Below are positions 1 to 10,042 of a stretch of 64,000 nt of DNA, one piece after another. The notes under the pieces are model-generated. The model made no database searches and was not told the DNA's origin. It worked only from the letters and a program-made list of their open reading frames with translations. Origin of the DNA: an uncultured Nitrospinota bacterium (GTDB lineage Bacteria; Tectomicrobia; Entotheonellia; J063; CAVPRW01); assembly GCA_963707985.1 (NCBI GenBank), contig CAVPRW010000042.1, positions 64,001-128,000 on the forward strand, in the 5' to 3' direction. The position numbers were made by a program, and so were the translations under genes. Each line of letters opens with the position of its first letter. Position 1 is the first letter of the stretch.

Positions 1-139
1 ATGGACCCGCCCATGAGGTGTTGGTTGCGGTTCAAAAGGTAGGCTCGGGTGCATAACCTCTGCGATCTTCTGAAACTCGGCCAAGCGGTATGGAGGCGGT
101 ATGGAGATGGATTCCCTCTCTACCCCCGTAAGGAAGCTG

Positions 140-967
140 CTAATGGATATCACCTACGCTCACCTTTTCCAAGACGACGCGGAAATCGGGGATGATGTCC
201 CGCACCCCCTCGACGCCTTCGATTGCCCGTATGACTTCGCGTTCCAGGCCAAAGCCTGGCAGTCCTCCCCAGGCATACACACTGCCCTTCTGCACGAGGA
301 GATTCAGGATGACTGACCGGGTCTCCTCTTTTACTGCCAACGCTGCTTCCACCCGAGCCTTCACGGTAAGGTCCTGGAGGGCTTGCTCCGATGCTGGTGT
401 GGGTTGGAACTCTGGACGCTTGGCCGACTCCGCTACCTGCTGAGCCGCGTCTTCAAGGGACATTCGGCCCAGATTCAAGAGCAGATCATACCGGCGCGGA
501 TCTTGCCAGTCCACCCCGAAGAATTCCTGCACGCGACGTGCTCGAATATCGTCGACTCTGGCAATATACAAGTATGCCGACGCCTGATCCATCTGGCGCT
601 GCTCCCGCACTCGTGCAACCCGATAGGTCAACGGCGCCAGCAGGCGCACTTTCAACACATGTTGAATGCCAGGCAGAAATTCTTGTCCGCCGTGCCCATG
701 GTAGACGATTTTTCCTCCCTGGACGACCTCGCACATCGCGGCCTGCATCACGACTCGATAGAGACGGACCAGCTCCGGCTTCATAGGGGTGACCTCTGGC
801 GGCGTTTCCATCAACTCCGTCAACTTCGCCTCGGGAATTTCGTAGCGTGTCGCCGCCTCCATGAGCAACTCTCGACTCATGGAGCGGTAACCCAATATCT
901 CGGCCACACGTTCCGCCAACGCCTGACCGCTGCTGAAAAGTCCTCGTGAAATCGTGACGATCGACAT
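140..967 (-). CDS. Cytidylate kinase-like family protein with C-terminal BON-like domain
   Basis: N-terminal IVTISRGLFSSG P-loop-like motif, VYHGHGG, YDLLLN; C-terminus ARVEAAL...AIEGVEGVRDI resembles BON; RBS GGAGG before ATG. Confidence 0.75.
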   Translation of the reverse strand: MSIVTISRGLFSSGQALAERVAEILGYRSMSRELLMEAATRYEIPEAKLTELMETPPEVTPMKPELVRLYRVVMQAAMCEVVQGGKIVYHGHGGQEFLPGIQHVLKVRLLAPLTYRVARVREQRQMDQASAYLYIARVDDIRARRVQEFFGVDWQDPRRYDLLLNLGRMSLEDAAQQVAESAKRPEFQPTPASEQALQDLTVKARVEAALAVKEETRSVILNLLVQKGSVYAWGGLPGFGLEREVIRAIEGVEGVRDIIPDFRVVLEKVSVGDIH

Positions 968-1886
968 ATGAACAGCCTCCTTTCATGCTGCAAGCTACGC
1001 CAGCCGACGGCCGCTGGGCTCTTGCCGGCCGAAAAGCACGTGGCTCACTGCCGGAGGACACCGGTGATCAGGGTATTTGTCTCTGTAAGAGCCCTCGCTT
1101 TTGATGACAACTTCCGCGCCATCGGGCATCGACTGTCTCCACATCGAGGTCCAGGAAACCATCCTAGCATAAATCGCGCGCATTCTCTGGCAGAAATCGC
1201 GGGAACCGGATAAGCACATCATGACATGTCTCGCCATTTGCCCAACGCCGGTCATATTTGTGATGCTGAACATTGTCGCCGGGCGACAGCTCAACAAGCC
1301 GAGGTTGATGGAGCACCGCGAGAGCGCAGGTGGGGCTCGTCTTGCTGCGGTATGGCATAACTCGGTAGACTCTTGTGAAGATGGTACTCCTGGAACGGGC
1401 GCAGCTCCGCGCATGCTTGAGCCAACGGGTAGTAGAGGTCACATTGGCCACATTGACTTTAAGGAGCAGTTCCCCTATGATTCCAAACTCGTGACGGCTC
1501 ACCCCAAGGAGGCAGAATGCGAACAATCGATCGAGCCATCAGTGCTCGGGCGAGGAACTAGACAATCCACCATGATGACGCAAGGGTGGACGTGTGCAGC
1601 GATCAGTGAGAGATGTGGGGAGAGAGGAGGCTGTCTTTACTCGCTGAGTGTGAAGCGGGAGACATCTCACTGAGGCGGTGATGACCAGAAGTCTTACGGC
1701 GCTCTCCTTCCTGGAGGCAGCGCCAGCCTTGGTGAAGGATTACGAGCATTTGCATGGGTTCAAGAGCCGTATCGAGACCATCTGCTTGGACAAGCCATCA
1801 GGGAGGCCACAACGGCATCCGGTGGCTGCGCGATGGGATGCAGTCGCGAGACATTGCACCACAATCGCGAAAGAGGAGACTTGACC

Positions 1887-2195
1887 ATGATCATGCGGAT
1901 TACCTGGGGCAGAATTCATCCTGGCAAGTGGGAAGAATACGAGAAGACGTACAATGCTACGGTGGTGGCTAAGAGTAAGAATATCAAGGGGCTGAGAGGG
2001 CGCTGGTTGGCCCAAGATACGGCCGATAAAGATGCCGGCTATTCCGTCAGTCTATGGGATAGCACCGAGGATATGGAAGCGTACGAGCACAGTGAGTTTT
2101 TCAAGAAAGAGATCCTTGCCCCATTGCAGCCGTTTCACATCAATGCCTTCACGACCACGCACTGCGAAGTCAAATACGCTCAAGAGTTCAAATAG
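1887..2195 (+). CDS. Antibiotic biosynthesis monooxygenase (ABM, dimeric alpha-beta barrel) family protein
   Basis: RBS GAGGAG; 102 aa with GLRGRWL..SVSLWDSTEDMEAYEHS pattern. Confidence 0.7.
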   Translation: MIMRITWGRIHPGKWEEYEKTYNATVVAKSKNIKGLRGRWLAQDTADKDAGYSVSLWDSTEDMEAYEHSEFFKKEILAPLQPFHINAFTTTHCEVKYAQEFK

Positions 2196-2210
2196 CTACC
2201 CACCCTGGCC

Positions 2211-2240
2211 CCGACCTCTCCCAGCGACAGGGGAGGTCGG
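2211..2240. repeat. REP-like GC-rich palindrome / hairpin after ABM gene
   Basis: ccgacctc...gaggtcgg inverted repeat just downstream of a stop codon. Confidence 0.5.
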
Positions 2241-2364
2241 AGGGGGGAGCGATGACATGGCTTCTTTGTGGCATCAGCTCCACGCGTTCTGGGGCGTGGC
2301 CCTCCGTCATGCGCACGTCCTGAGGCGTCTATGAACGGTGTGCGGTATCACAAGGAGCGCCGCT

Positions 2365-3174
2365 GTGCCTTTTAACACCATCCTTTATGACGTGCAGGAG
2401 AATATTCTTACCATCACGTTTAACCGCCCCGAGAAGCTCAATGCGTTTAGCCGTGAGCTTGTGCACGAGACCATCGAGGCGTTCCAACTCGCCGAAGCCG
2501 ACGATGAGGTCCATCTCGTCATTGTCACTGGCGCCGGGCGGGCCTTCTCAGCTGGTTATGACATCTCAGGTGGACGTGATGAGCAGGAGCGCTCACCTTA
2601 CAATTGGCGACTACATCAACGCGAGAATTTAACCTTCAGTCTGCAGCCCTGGCAGGTGAGTAAACCGGTGATCGCCATGGTCAATGGCTTTTGCCTGGCC
2701 GGGGCTTGTGAATTCGCCCTGATGTGCGACCTCCGAGTTGCCTCCGATAAAGCGACCTTTGGGGAACCGGAAATCCGCTTCGGCGCTGGGGCTCCCATCC
2801 TCATCACGCCATGGATCGTGGGGCTCACCAAGGCTAAGGAATTGCTGTACACTGGTGACACGATGGATGCGCATGAAGCCCTGCGCTTGAACATGATCAA
2901 CAAGGTGGTGCCGCACGAGACGCTCCAAGAAGAAACGCACAAGCTGGCCCGACGCATTCTCAAAATCGCTCCTGAGAACATCCGCCTGACCAAACAGGCG
3001 ATCAACAAGACCTTCGAGATGATGGGCCTCAAAAACGCGCTAGAATATAACGTCGAAGTCGTGACCATCATGGAAAACACTGAAACGGAGGTGCAACGTA
3101 CCTTCAATCAGATCAAGCAGGAGAAAGGACTGCGGGCAGCGTTGGATTGGCGGGATGCACGCTTTAGGGAGTAA
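2365..3174 (+). CDS. Enoyl-CoA hydratase/isomerase (crotonase) family protein
   Basis: FNRPEKLNA, GRAFSAGYD, KPVIAMVNGFCLAGACE, FGEPE motifs; GTG start after AAGGAG. Confidence 0.92.
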   Translation: MPFNTILYDVQENILTITFNRPEKLNAFSRELVHETIEAFQLAEADDEVHLVIVTGAGRAFSAGYDISGGRDEQERSPYNWRLHQRENLTFSLQPWQVSKPVIAMVNGFCLAGACEFALMCDLRVASDKATFGEPEIRFGAGAPILITPWIVGLTKAKELLYTGDTMDAHEALRLNMINKVVPHETLQEETHKLARRILKIAPENIRLTKQAINKTFEMMGLKNALEYNVEVVTIMENTETEVQRTFNQIKQEKGLRAALDWRDARFRE

Positions 3175-3238
3175 AGAGGAAGATAGCCCTTGCCTCCCCT
3201 GCGGAGACGGGGCGCAAGAAAGGGGACCATCCTCGCGC

Positions 3239-3268
3239 TTGACACACACGGCGGCTGTTGTATAGAAT
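3239..3268 (+). promoter_or_regulatory. Sigma70-type promoter
   Basis: TTGACA (3239-3244), 18 bp spacer, TAGAAT (3263-3268); no credible ORF follows. Confidence 0.6.
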
Positions 3269-3274
3269 AACGGC

Positions 3275-3429
3275 TAGCCTGACAGGTGGGCGCGAGGACT
3301 GAGGTCTCACAGTTGGGCCATGCTGGGGGGAGTTGGGGACGCTTCGCACGACGTCGAAGGACAATTCCCTACCCAAAGGTAGGTCCTCACGACGGCAAAT
3401 ACAGCCATCAATGCGGTGATGGCAGGCTA
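3275..3429 (+). ncRNA. Candidate structured non-coding RNA (6S RNA-like?)
   Basis: Begins 7 nt after the -10 box; ends pair (tagcctg/caggcta); nested stems cgcgaggac/gtcctcacg, gggagttg/caattccc, cttcg/cgaag. Confidence 0.45.
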
Positions 3430-3633
3430 TCTTACCATGTATACGCCAGTAATTGCTGGTTGTGGTAGGAGACCCTAGGCAACCTGGCTCTTCTCACGCA
3501 TGGGCCCAGAGCCCGACGTCAACCGCACACATTTGCGGTCTTGTGCTATTGCTTGCTCGACGCCTCGCATTGGCGTGCCCGCCAGGCTGCTTTCGACCAT
3601 GACGGTCCTCCCGTCCCCTTCCGGCTCTCTGGT

Positions 3634-4893
3634 TTATACTTGTGCCTGCAACCGAGTGACGACTTCAGCGAGAGAGATCTCTTCCTGCTCCCCCCCCTGC
3701 ATGTCTTTGAGGGCCACCTTGCCGGCCGCTAACTCACGTTCACCCAGCATGACGGTATACGCTGCACCGAGCCGATTGGCACGCCGCAGCTGGCTACGCA
3801 GACTCTTCTCATCATAACCTATCTCGGTGCGGAGCCCGGCGCTGCGGAGTTGTTCGACCAGTATGAAGGCTTCACGCAACGCTGATACACCCAGCGGCGC
3901 AACGAATACCTGGAGACGTGGTTCCGGATTTTTCAGGCCGTGGTGTTCGAGGGCTGTGACCAGCCGTTCAAACCCGATGGCGAACCCGATGCCTGGAGTG
4001 GGCGGGCCGCCGATCGCTTCAATCAGGCCATCATAACGTCCACCGCCGGTCACGGAGTCTTGCGCCCCCAGTCCTTCAGCAATCACTTCGAACGTCGTGC
4101 GCGTATAGTAATCCAACCCGCGAACGAGCTTAGGATTGAGGACGTAGCTGATACCAACGCCAGCGAGGAGGTCGGCCAGCGTTTCGAAATGCTCCCGACA
4201 CGGACCACAAAGAAATGCCATGGTCTGCGGCGCGTCGTGCATGACGGCACGGCAACCTTCTTTTTTGCAGTCGAGTACGCGCAGCGGGTTGCGCTCATAG
4301 CGCCCCTGGCATTCCGGGCAGAGGTGAGCCAGATGGCGGCGGATGTAGCTCTTGAGCTCCTCACGGTAGCCCGGTCGACAGACTGTATCCCCCAGGGAAT
4401 TTAGGTGCAACTGCAGGTGTTGCAGTCCAAGCTGCCGTAGAAAAGTCATAAGCATGGTCAGGATTTCGGCGTCGACGACTGGGCTGGCTTCACCGATGGC
4501 TTCTACGTCGATCTGATAAAACTGGCGAAAGCGTCCGGCCTGGGGGCGTTCGTAGCGGAACATTGGACCAATACAGTAGAACTTCACAAAGCCCGGCTGT
4601 TGGTGGAGCTTGTGCTCAACGTACGCACGCACGATACCGGCGGTGGCCTCAGGCCGTAGGGTCAATGACTCACCACCCCGATCCTCGAAGGAGTACATCT
4701 CCTTCTCGACGATATCGGACGTATCGCCGATCGAGCGCGAAAATAAGCTGGTGTGCTCGAAGATCGGCACCTTGATCTCCGCAAAGCCATAGCGCTCGAA
4801 CACCTCTCGTGCCACACGCTCGATAAACTGCCACTTCTCAACCTCGCCGGGGAGGATATCTTTGACTCCTCGGATCGCTTTGATCTCCATCAT
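3634..4893 (-). CDS. hisS: Histidine--tRNA ligase
   Basis: RGVKDILP, LRPEATA, FRYERPQAGRFRQF, LVRGLDYYTRT, GGGRYDGL, C-terminal anticodon-binding domain. Confidence 0.98.
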   Translation of the reverse strand: MMEIKAIRGVKDILPGEVEKWQFIERVAREVFERYGFAEIKVPIFEHTSLFSRSIGDTSDIVEKEMYSFEDRGGESLTLRPEATAGIVRAYVEHKLHQQPGFVKFYCIGPMFRYERPQAGRFRQFYQIDVEAIGEASPVVDAEILTMLMTFLRQLGLQHLQLHLNSLGDTVCRPGYREELKSYIRRHLAHLCPECQGRYERNPLRVLDCKKEGCRAVMHDAPQTMAFLCGPCREHFETLADLLAGVGISYVLNPKLVRGLDYYTRTTFEVIAEGLGAQDSVTGGGRYDGLIEAIGGPPTPGIGFAIGFERLVTALEHHGLKNPEPRLQVFVAPLGVSALREAFILVEQLRSAGLRTEIGYDEKSLRSQLRRANRLGAAYTVMLGERELAAGKVALKDMQGGEQEEISLAEVVTRLQAQV

Positions 4894-5059
4894 TGTGCCC
4901 CTTCCTGGTGGCATTTGCCCTTCGTGGCTGCTCGAAGGGGATTGTAACAGAGCGGTTAGCGGGATGTCAAAGCAGCGGACAGCTGGGCGAGAATGTGTTA
5001 CCATTTCGCGAACGACTGGAGCTTCCGGCAGGGAATGAAGGTCAGAAAAAGGAGGAGGT

Positions 5060-6139
5060 ATGGGTAAGTACACCATCGGGGTGATTCCCGGCGACGGGGT
5101 GGGCAAAGAGGTGGTAGACGAAGGTATCCGGATCATGGAGATACTGGGCATGCAGGTCCCCAATTTGGCGTTCGCCTTCGTGCGGTTCGATTGGGGGTCG
5201 GAGTTTTACTTCCATCATGGCCGCATGATGCCAGAGGACGCGCTCGACACACTTGCCACATTCGATGCCATCTATCTGGGAGCGGTTGGCGATCCACGTC
5301 TCCCCGATCATGTCACCCTGCAGGGGTTACTGCTGCCGATTCGCCGCGCCTTTGATCAGTATGTCAACGTGCGGCCAGCCTTCCTCTACGAAGGCATAGA
5401 GTCCCCCTTGAGGGGCAAGAAGCCGGGGGACATCGATATGCTCGTCGTGCGTGAGAACACCGAGGGGGAATACTCGGATATCGGCGGCCGCGTCTACCAG
5501 GGGAGTGATCGCGAGGTCGTCGTCCAGGGGGCGATGTTCACGCGCTGGGGCACCGAGCGCGTTATCCGCTACGCCTTCGACCTCGCCCGCCAGCGCCCGA
5601 GAAAACATCTGACCTCGATCACCAAGTCGAATGCCCAGCGCCATAGCATGGTGTTCTGGGATGAGGTCTTTCGCGCTGTAGCCAAGGATTACCCGGATGT
5701 CCAGACGAACTCGCAGCTCGTCGATGCTGCCTGTCTAAATTTCGTCTTGCGCCCCGAGCGCTTCGATGTCGTGGTGGCCTCCAACCTCTTTGGGGATATC
5801 CTCACCGACCTCAGCGCCGCACTCGTCGGTGGACTGGGTCTGGCACCAGCGGCAAATCTGAACCCCTCCCGCCAGTATCCCTCGATGTTCGAGCCAGTGC
5901 ATGGGTCGGCCCCTGATATCGCCGGCAAGGGGATCGCGAATCCGCTCGCATCGATTCTGACGGCGGGCATGATGCTTGACTTCCTCAATGAGAAGACGGC
6001 TGCCGGTCTGATCAATCGAGCCGTGGCGCAGATATTAGCCGAGGGCAAGGTGCGCACGCCAGATATGGGCGGCCACGCCACTACACGGCAAGTTGGTGAC
6101 GAGGTCATTCGCACCATTCAGAGTCTGCAGAGCGCATAA
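5060..6139 (+). CDS. Tartrate dehydrogenase / D-malate dehydrogenase (isocitrate-isopropylmalate DH family)
   Basis: IPGDGVGKEV, VRENTEGEY, TKSNA, SNLFGDILTDL, SMFEPVHGSAPDIAGKGIANP. Confidence 0.88.
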   Translation: MGKYTIGVIPGDGVGKEVVDEGIRIMEILGMQVPNLAFAFVRFDWGSEFYFHHGRMMPEDALDTLATFDAIYLGAVGDPRLPDHVTLQGLLLPIRRAFDQYVNVRPAFLYEGIESPLRGKKPGDIDMLVVRENTEGEYSDIGGRVYQGSDREVVVQGAMFTRWGTERVIRYAFDLARQRPRKHLTSITKSNAQRHSMVFWDEVFRAVAKDYPDVQTNSQLVDAACLNFVLRPERFDVVVASNLFGDILTDLSAALVGGLGLAPAANLNPSRQYPSMFEPVHGSAPDIAGKGIANPLASILTAGMMLDFLNEKTAAGLINRAVAQILAEGKVRTPDMGGHATTRQVGDEVIRTIQSLQSA

Positions 6140-6187
6140 CATTGCATTATTGGGCTTGAGTGACCTGTCAATCCGATATCTGCAGCC

Positions 6188-6215
6188 TTGACAGCCCTTG
6201 AGTGCTTGCTATAAT
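6188..6215 (+). promoter_or_regulatory. Consensus sigma70 promoter with extended -10
   Basis: TTGACA (6188-6193), 16 bp spacer, TG-c-TATAAT (6210-6215). Confidence 0.75.
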
Positions 6216-6226
6216 TGGCCGCACAT

Positions 6227-6239
6227 CTGGTCTGACCAG
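6227..6239. promoter_or_regulatory. GntR/FadR-family operator-like palindrome
   Basis: ctggtc-t-gaccag perfect inverted repeat just downstream of the promoter; matches TGGTnnnACCA consensus of the FadR subfamily. Confidence 0.6.
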
Positions 6240-6317
6240 TATACGTGCGGCGCTAACCACGGCACCCCCACCCATGAACGGTGCAACGACGGGGGATGGT
6301 TCCGGAGTGAAATGCTA

Positions 6318-7433
6318 ATGGCCGAGCATGCAGTTATCACCCAAGAGATGGTTGACGACGTGAAGCGGCGTCTCGGGGAGACTATCACCCCGACCACGCC
6401 CTTCTTCAACACCGAGGCCTCACACGATACGATTCGTCACTTTTGTGATGCCGTGGGCGATGCAAATCCGCTCTATCGTGACGATGCCTATGCCAGCAAG
6501 ACACGCTACGGCACGATTATCGCCCCTTCCTGCTTCTTATATAGCGTATGCTGGGCGACAGGGCGCGTCGGCTTTCCTGGTATCCACGCCTGGAACTCAG
6601 GCAGCGATTGGGAGTGGTTTCATCCCATTCGCCTGGGCGACCGTTTCACCTATACGATGACGCTCACCGACCTCCAGGAAAAACGCAGCGAGATGGCTGG
6701 ACGGGTCTTCATGGAATACATGCGCGTGGATTATCGCAACCAGCACGAAGCGTTAGTAGCGAGCTGCACTGGCTGGAGTGTTCGGGCTGAGCGTCGTGCC
6801 TCCGGTGAACGTGGCAAGTATAGCGCCATCGAGAAAGCGCAGTATACCCGCGAGCAGCTCGAAGCCATCTGGGACGATTACGATCGCGAGGAGATTCGCG
6901 GCTCCAATCCGCGCTATTGGGAGGATGTCAATGTCGGCGAGGCGCTGACTCCTGTGGTCAAAGGTCCCCTTACCCTGCGCGACCTGGTAACCTGGGTTAT
7001 GGGAGCGGGCTCGCCCTATATGCGAGCGCATCGTTTTGCTTTGGAGTATGAACGGCGGCACCCGTCGATTGTGATGATCGATTCACAGACGGGGCAGATG
7101 GATGTGCCAGAACTTGTCCATATGGAAGAAACACGGGCTCAGGAGATCGGTATCCCCGGCGCCTACGATTATGGGTGTCAGCGCAGCTCGTGGCTGGGGC
7201 ACGTGTTGACCAACTGGATGGGGGATGACGGCTTCCTGAAAAAATTCTACATGGAGCTGCGCCGCTTCAACGTTGTCGGCGATACCACTTGGTGCAAGGG
7301 CAAAGTGACGCGCAAATACGTTGAGAACGGCGAACATCTGGTGGACCTCGAAGTCTGGGCCGAAAACCAGCGCGGCGAGGTGACAGCCCCCGGACGAGCG
7401 CTGGTGCGCTTGCCGTCGAAATCGCTAGTATGA
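6318..7433 (+). CDS. Double hot-dog (MaoC/FAS1-like) acyl-CoA dehydratase
   Basis: IRHFCDAVGDANPLY in first domain; YWEDVNVGEAL and LTNWMGDDG..RRFNVVGD in second domain. Confidence 0.8.
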   Translation: MAEHAVITQEMVDDVKRRLGETITPTTPFFNTEASHDTIRHFCDAVGDANPLYRDDAYASKTRYGTIIAPSCFLYSVCWATGRVGFPGIHAWNSGSDWEWFHPIRLGDRFTYTMTLTDLQEKRSEMAGRVFMEYMRVDYRNQHEALVASCTGWSVRAERRASGERGKYSAIEKAQYTREQLEAIWDDYDREEIRGSNPRYWEDVNVGEALTPVVKGPLTLRDLVTWVMGAGSPYMRAHRFALEYERRHPSIVMIDSQTGQMDVPELVHMEETRAQEIGIPGAYDYGCQRSSWLGHVLTNWMGDDGFLKKFYMELRRFNVVGDTTWCKGKVTRKYVENGEHLVDLEVWAENQRGEVTAPGRALVRLPSKSLV

Positions 7434-8644
7434 AGCCCGGACCACTGAAAGCATTGCGCATCGTCGAGTACAGCACCTCGATTGCAGCGGCGGCTACCGG
7501 CAAAATTCTAGCCGACCTCGGGGCCGAGCTGATCAAAGTCGAGCCGCCACGCACCGGCGATCCTGCCCGCTATCACGGACCTTTCCCCAACGATCTTCCT
7601 GATTCCGAACGCAGTGGCCTATTCCTGTGTCTCAATACCAATAAGCGCGGCATTACGCTCGATCCTACGCGGCCAACGGGACGAGAGCTGCTGCTCCACT
7701 TGTTAGCTGAGGCGGATGTCTTCTTGCACAACTGGTCGCCGGCCCAAGCCGAGAAGCTAGGTCTTGAGTATGAGCAACTCCGGCAGCGTCACGCGCCTCT
7801 CATCGTCACCGCCGTGACGCCCTATGGCTCAACGGGACCATATGCCGACTATCAGGGGGCTGACATCACGGCCTGCGCCGCCGGCGGTGTCAGCGTTGGC
7901 ACCGGTTTCCCCGACCGTCCTCCGCTCACGCTGCCCCTGTCGTTGGGTGCACATTTCGCCAGCGTGGCGGCCTCTGCGGCGACTCTTCTCGCCATTTTTA
8001 GCCGGGATGTCACTGGTCGGGGGCAATTTGTGGATGTCTCGGAGACCGATGTCCTGGCTATCCTACTGGCCGGATATGGCATTCCAACATATATCTATCG
8101 TGGTGTAACCGGCATTCGCGCTGGCCGCCATATGAGTCTAGGGCTGTACCCGAATGCGGTTTTCGAATGTCAGGATGGCTTTGTCTGTATCGATTGCCCG
8201 CAGTTGGCGCAATGGAACCGGTTGTTAGAGGTCATAGGCAACCCGCCCTGGGTCAAGGAGCCACGATATCGCGATCGGCGACAGATTACGGAAGAGTATC
8301 CCCATGAGGTTGACGCGCTGATGGCGCCCTGGCTGAGGGCACAAGACAAGGGAACGATTTTCGGGCAAACGCAGGCCCAACGTATCCCCACCGGGCCGGT
8401 GAACACCATGAGAGATGTGGTCGAAGACGCGCATCTACGCGACCGCCACTACTTCGTCAGCGTTGAGCGCGACGACACGGGTCCACTGACCTATCCTGGG
8501 GCTCCCTACCGTTTCAGCCAATCCCCGTGGGCTGTGCGCCGCCCCGCTCCACACCTGGGAGAGCACAATGAAGAAATCTATGGCGGGCGGCTGGGGGTGT
8601 CGCGCGCCGAGAGACTCTTCTTGTGGCAGACGGGGATCATCTAG
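7430..8644 (+). CDS. CoA-transferase family III (CaiB/BaiF), probably non-catalytic subunit
   Basis: LADLGAELIKVEPP, NTNKRGITLD, GRGQFVDVS, RPAPHLGEHN; overlaps upstream stop (ATGA). Confidence 0.9.
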   Translation: MKPGPLKALRIVEYSTSIAAAATGKILADLGAELIKVEPPRTGDPARYHGPFPNDLPDSERSGLFLCLNTNKRGITLDPTRPTGRELLLHLLAEADVFLHNWSPAQAEKLGLEYEQLRQRHAPLIVTAVTPYGSTGPYADYQGADITACAAGGVSVGTGFPDRPPLTLPLSLGAHFASVAASAATLLAIFSRDVTGRGQFVDVSETDVLAILLAGYGIPTYIYRGVTGIRAGRHMSLGLYPNAVFECQDGFVCIDCPQLAQWNRLLEVIGNPPWVKEPRYRDRRQITEEYPHEVDALMAPWLRAQDKGTIFGQTQAQRIPTGPVNTMRDVVEDAHLRDRHYFVSVERDDTGPLTYPGAPYRFSQSPWAVRRPAPHLGEHNEEIYGGRLGVSRAERLFLWQTGII

Positions 8645-8760
8645 CTCTCCCATGCTCCCTCTGTGAGGGTCTCACGGTGAGGGGATGTGCGCCATTCCTG
8701 CTCTAGCTATTCGCTCGGAAAAGCTTTACAAGCGTGAGTCCAGACGAGAGGGAGGGCCAC

Positions 8761-10005
8761 ATGGCACCCGACGCCCTTACCGGCTACCGCATTCTCGACT
8801 TCGGCACTGCCTTCGCCTCACCCATGGCGGCGCATCTCCTGGCAGACATGGGTGCCGAGGTGATCAAAATTGAGTCACATACCCGGCTGGATGGCCTACG
8901 CCTGGGCCGCCCCATTGTGGGAGAGGACATCGCCGGCGGCGACCGGGGGGAGTGGCCGGAATATCAACCCGTCTTCCACGGATTGAACCGCAGCAAATTG
9001 GGGATCACCGCTAACATCAAGCATCCGGAAGGGGTGGCGCTCCTCAAGCGCCTGGTCCGTCTCAGCGACGTTGTGATCAATAATTTTGCCCCAGGGGTCA
9101 TGGACCGCTCTGGGTTAGGATATGAGACGTTACGTGCTGAGAAGCCGGACCTGATCTACGTCTCACTCCCGGCTGCGGGCGAGAGCGGCCCGTTACGGGA
9201 TATCGTCACCTACGCGCCAGTGATCGCCGCCCTGGCTGGCATCAGCGGCCTGGTCGGCTACTCGGGCGACCGGGAAGATTTCGTGGGGACGTTGCAGGTG
9301 GCCTTCTGCGATGCGGTCGGAGCTTTGCACGCTGTCGTCGCGATATTGGCGGCCCTCCGGCATCGCCAATCGACAGGGGAGGGACAGGCAATCGAGATTG
9401 CGCAATGGGAAGCGGCGGCTTCCATGTTGGGTGAGGGCCTTCTTGACTATGTGATGAATGGCCGGGTGCTAGGACCTGTCGGTAACGCTCACCCCTCAAT
9501 GGTGCCATATAACAACTACCGTTGTGCCGGAGACGATGCCTGGGTGGCTATTGCCATACGGTCGGAGGATGAGTGGCGTGCCTTCTGCCAGGCCACTGGC
9601 CATCCGCAGTGGGCCAACGACGCGCGTTTCGCCGATGCGTACCTGCGGCGACAGCACCGCGCCGAGCTGGACGCCTTGATTACCGAGTGGACTAGCCAAC
9701 ACACTCCTTACCAGGTCATGGAGAAACTGCAGGCTGCTGGCGTGGCCGCCATGCCGGTGATGAATCTAGAAGATCAGTTCCGCGACCTGCATCTGCGCGA
9801 GCGGGAGATTCATGTTGAGTCTGAGCATCCCAAGGTGGGACTTGAGTTCTTGCACGGCATTCCCTGGCGCCTCAGCGATACCCCTGGCCGCATCTCCCGC
9901 CCCGCTCCCTTGCTCGGCGAGCATAATCAGTATGTCTTTGGTGAGCTCCTCGGCTTATCCGCGGCGGAAATTCAGCAGCTCGTGGCGGCGGGTGCAATTC
10001 ATTAA
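8761..10005 (+). CDS. CoA-transferase family III (CaiB/BaiF)
   Basis: LADMGAEVIKIE, NRSKLGIT, AFCDAVG with catalytic Asp, RPAPLLGEHN. Confidence 0.92.
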   Translation: MAPDALTGYRILDFGTAFASPMAAHLLADMGAEVIKIESHTRLDGLRLGRPIVGEDIAGGDRGEWPEYQPVFHGLNRSKLGITANIKHPEGVALLKRLVRLSDVVINNFAPGVMDRSGLGYETLRAEKPDLIYVSLPAAGESGPLRDIVTYAPVIAALAGISGLVGYSGDREDFVGTLQVAFCDAVGALHAVVAILAALRHRQSTGEGQAIEIAQWEAAASMLGEGLLDYVMNGRVLGPVGNAHPSMVPYNNYRCAGDDAWVAIAIRSEDEWRAFCQATGHPQWANDARFADAYLRRQHRAELDALITEWTSQHTPYQVMEKLQAAGVAAMPVMNLEDQFRDLHLREREIHVESEHPKVGLEFLHGIPWRLSDTPGRISRPAPLLGEHNQYVFGELLGLSAAEIQQLVAAGAIH

Positions 10006-10042
10006 GCTTAATATGATGTCTCTCATTTGCCTTGGGGAACGT

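Noticed and set aside
968..1880. Several 70-150 aa ORFs in the long region between the kinase-like and ABM genes
   Set aside because: Overlapping frames with no recognisable family; a 44-aa minus-strand ORF with a weak RBS (ending 995) is possible but unsupported.
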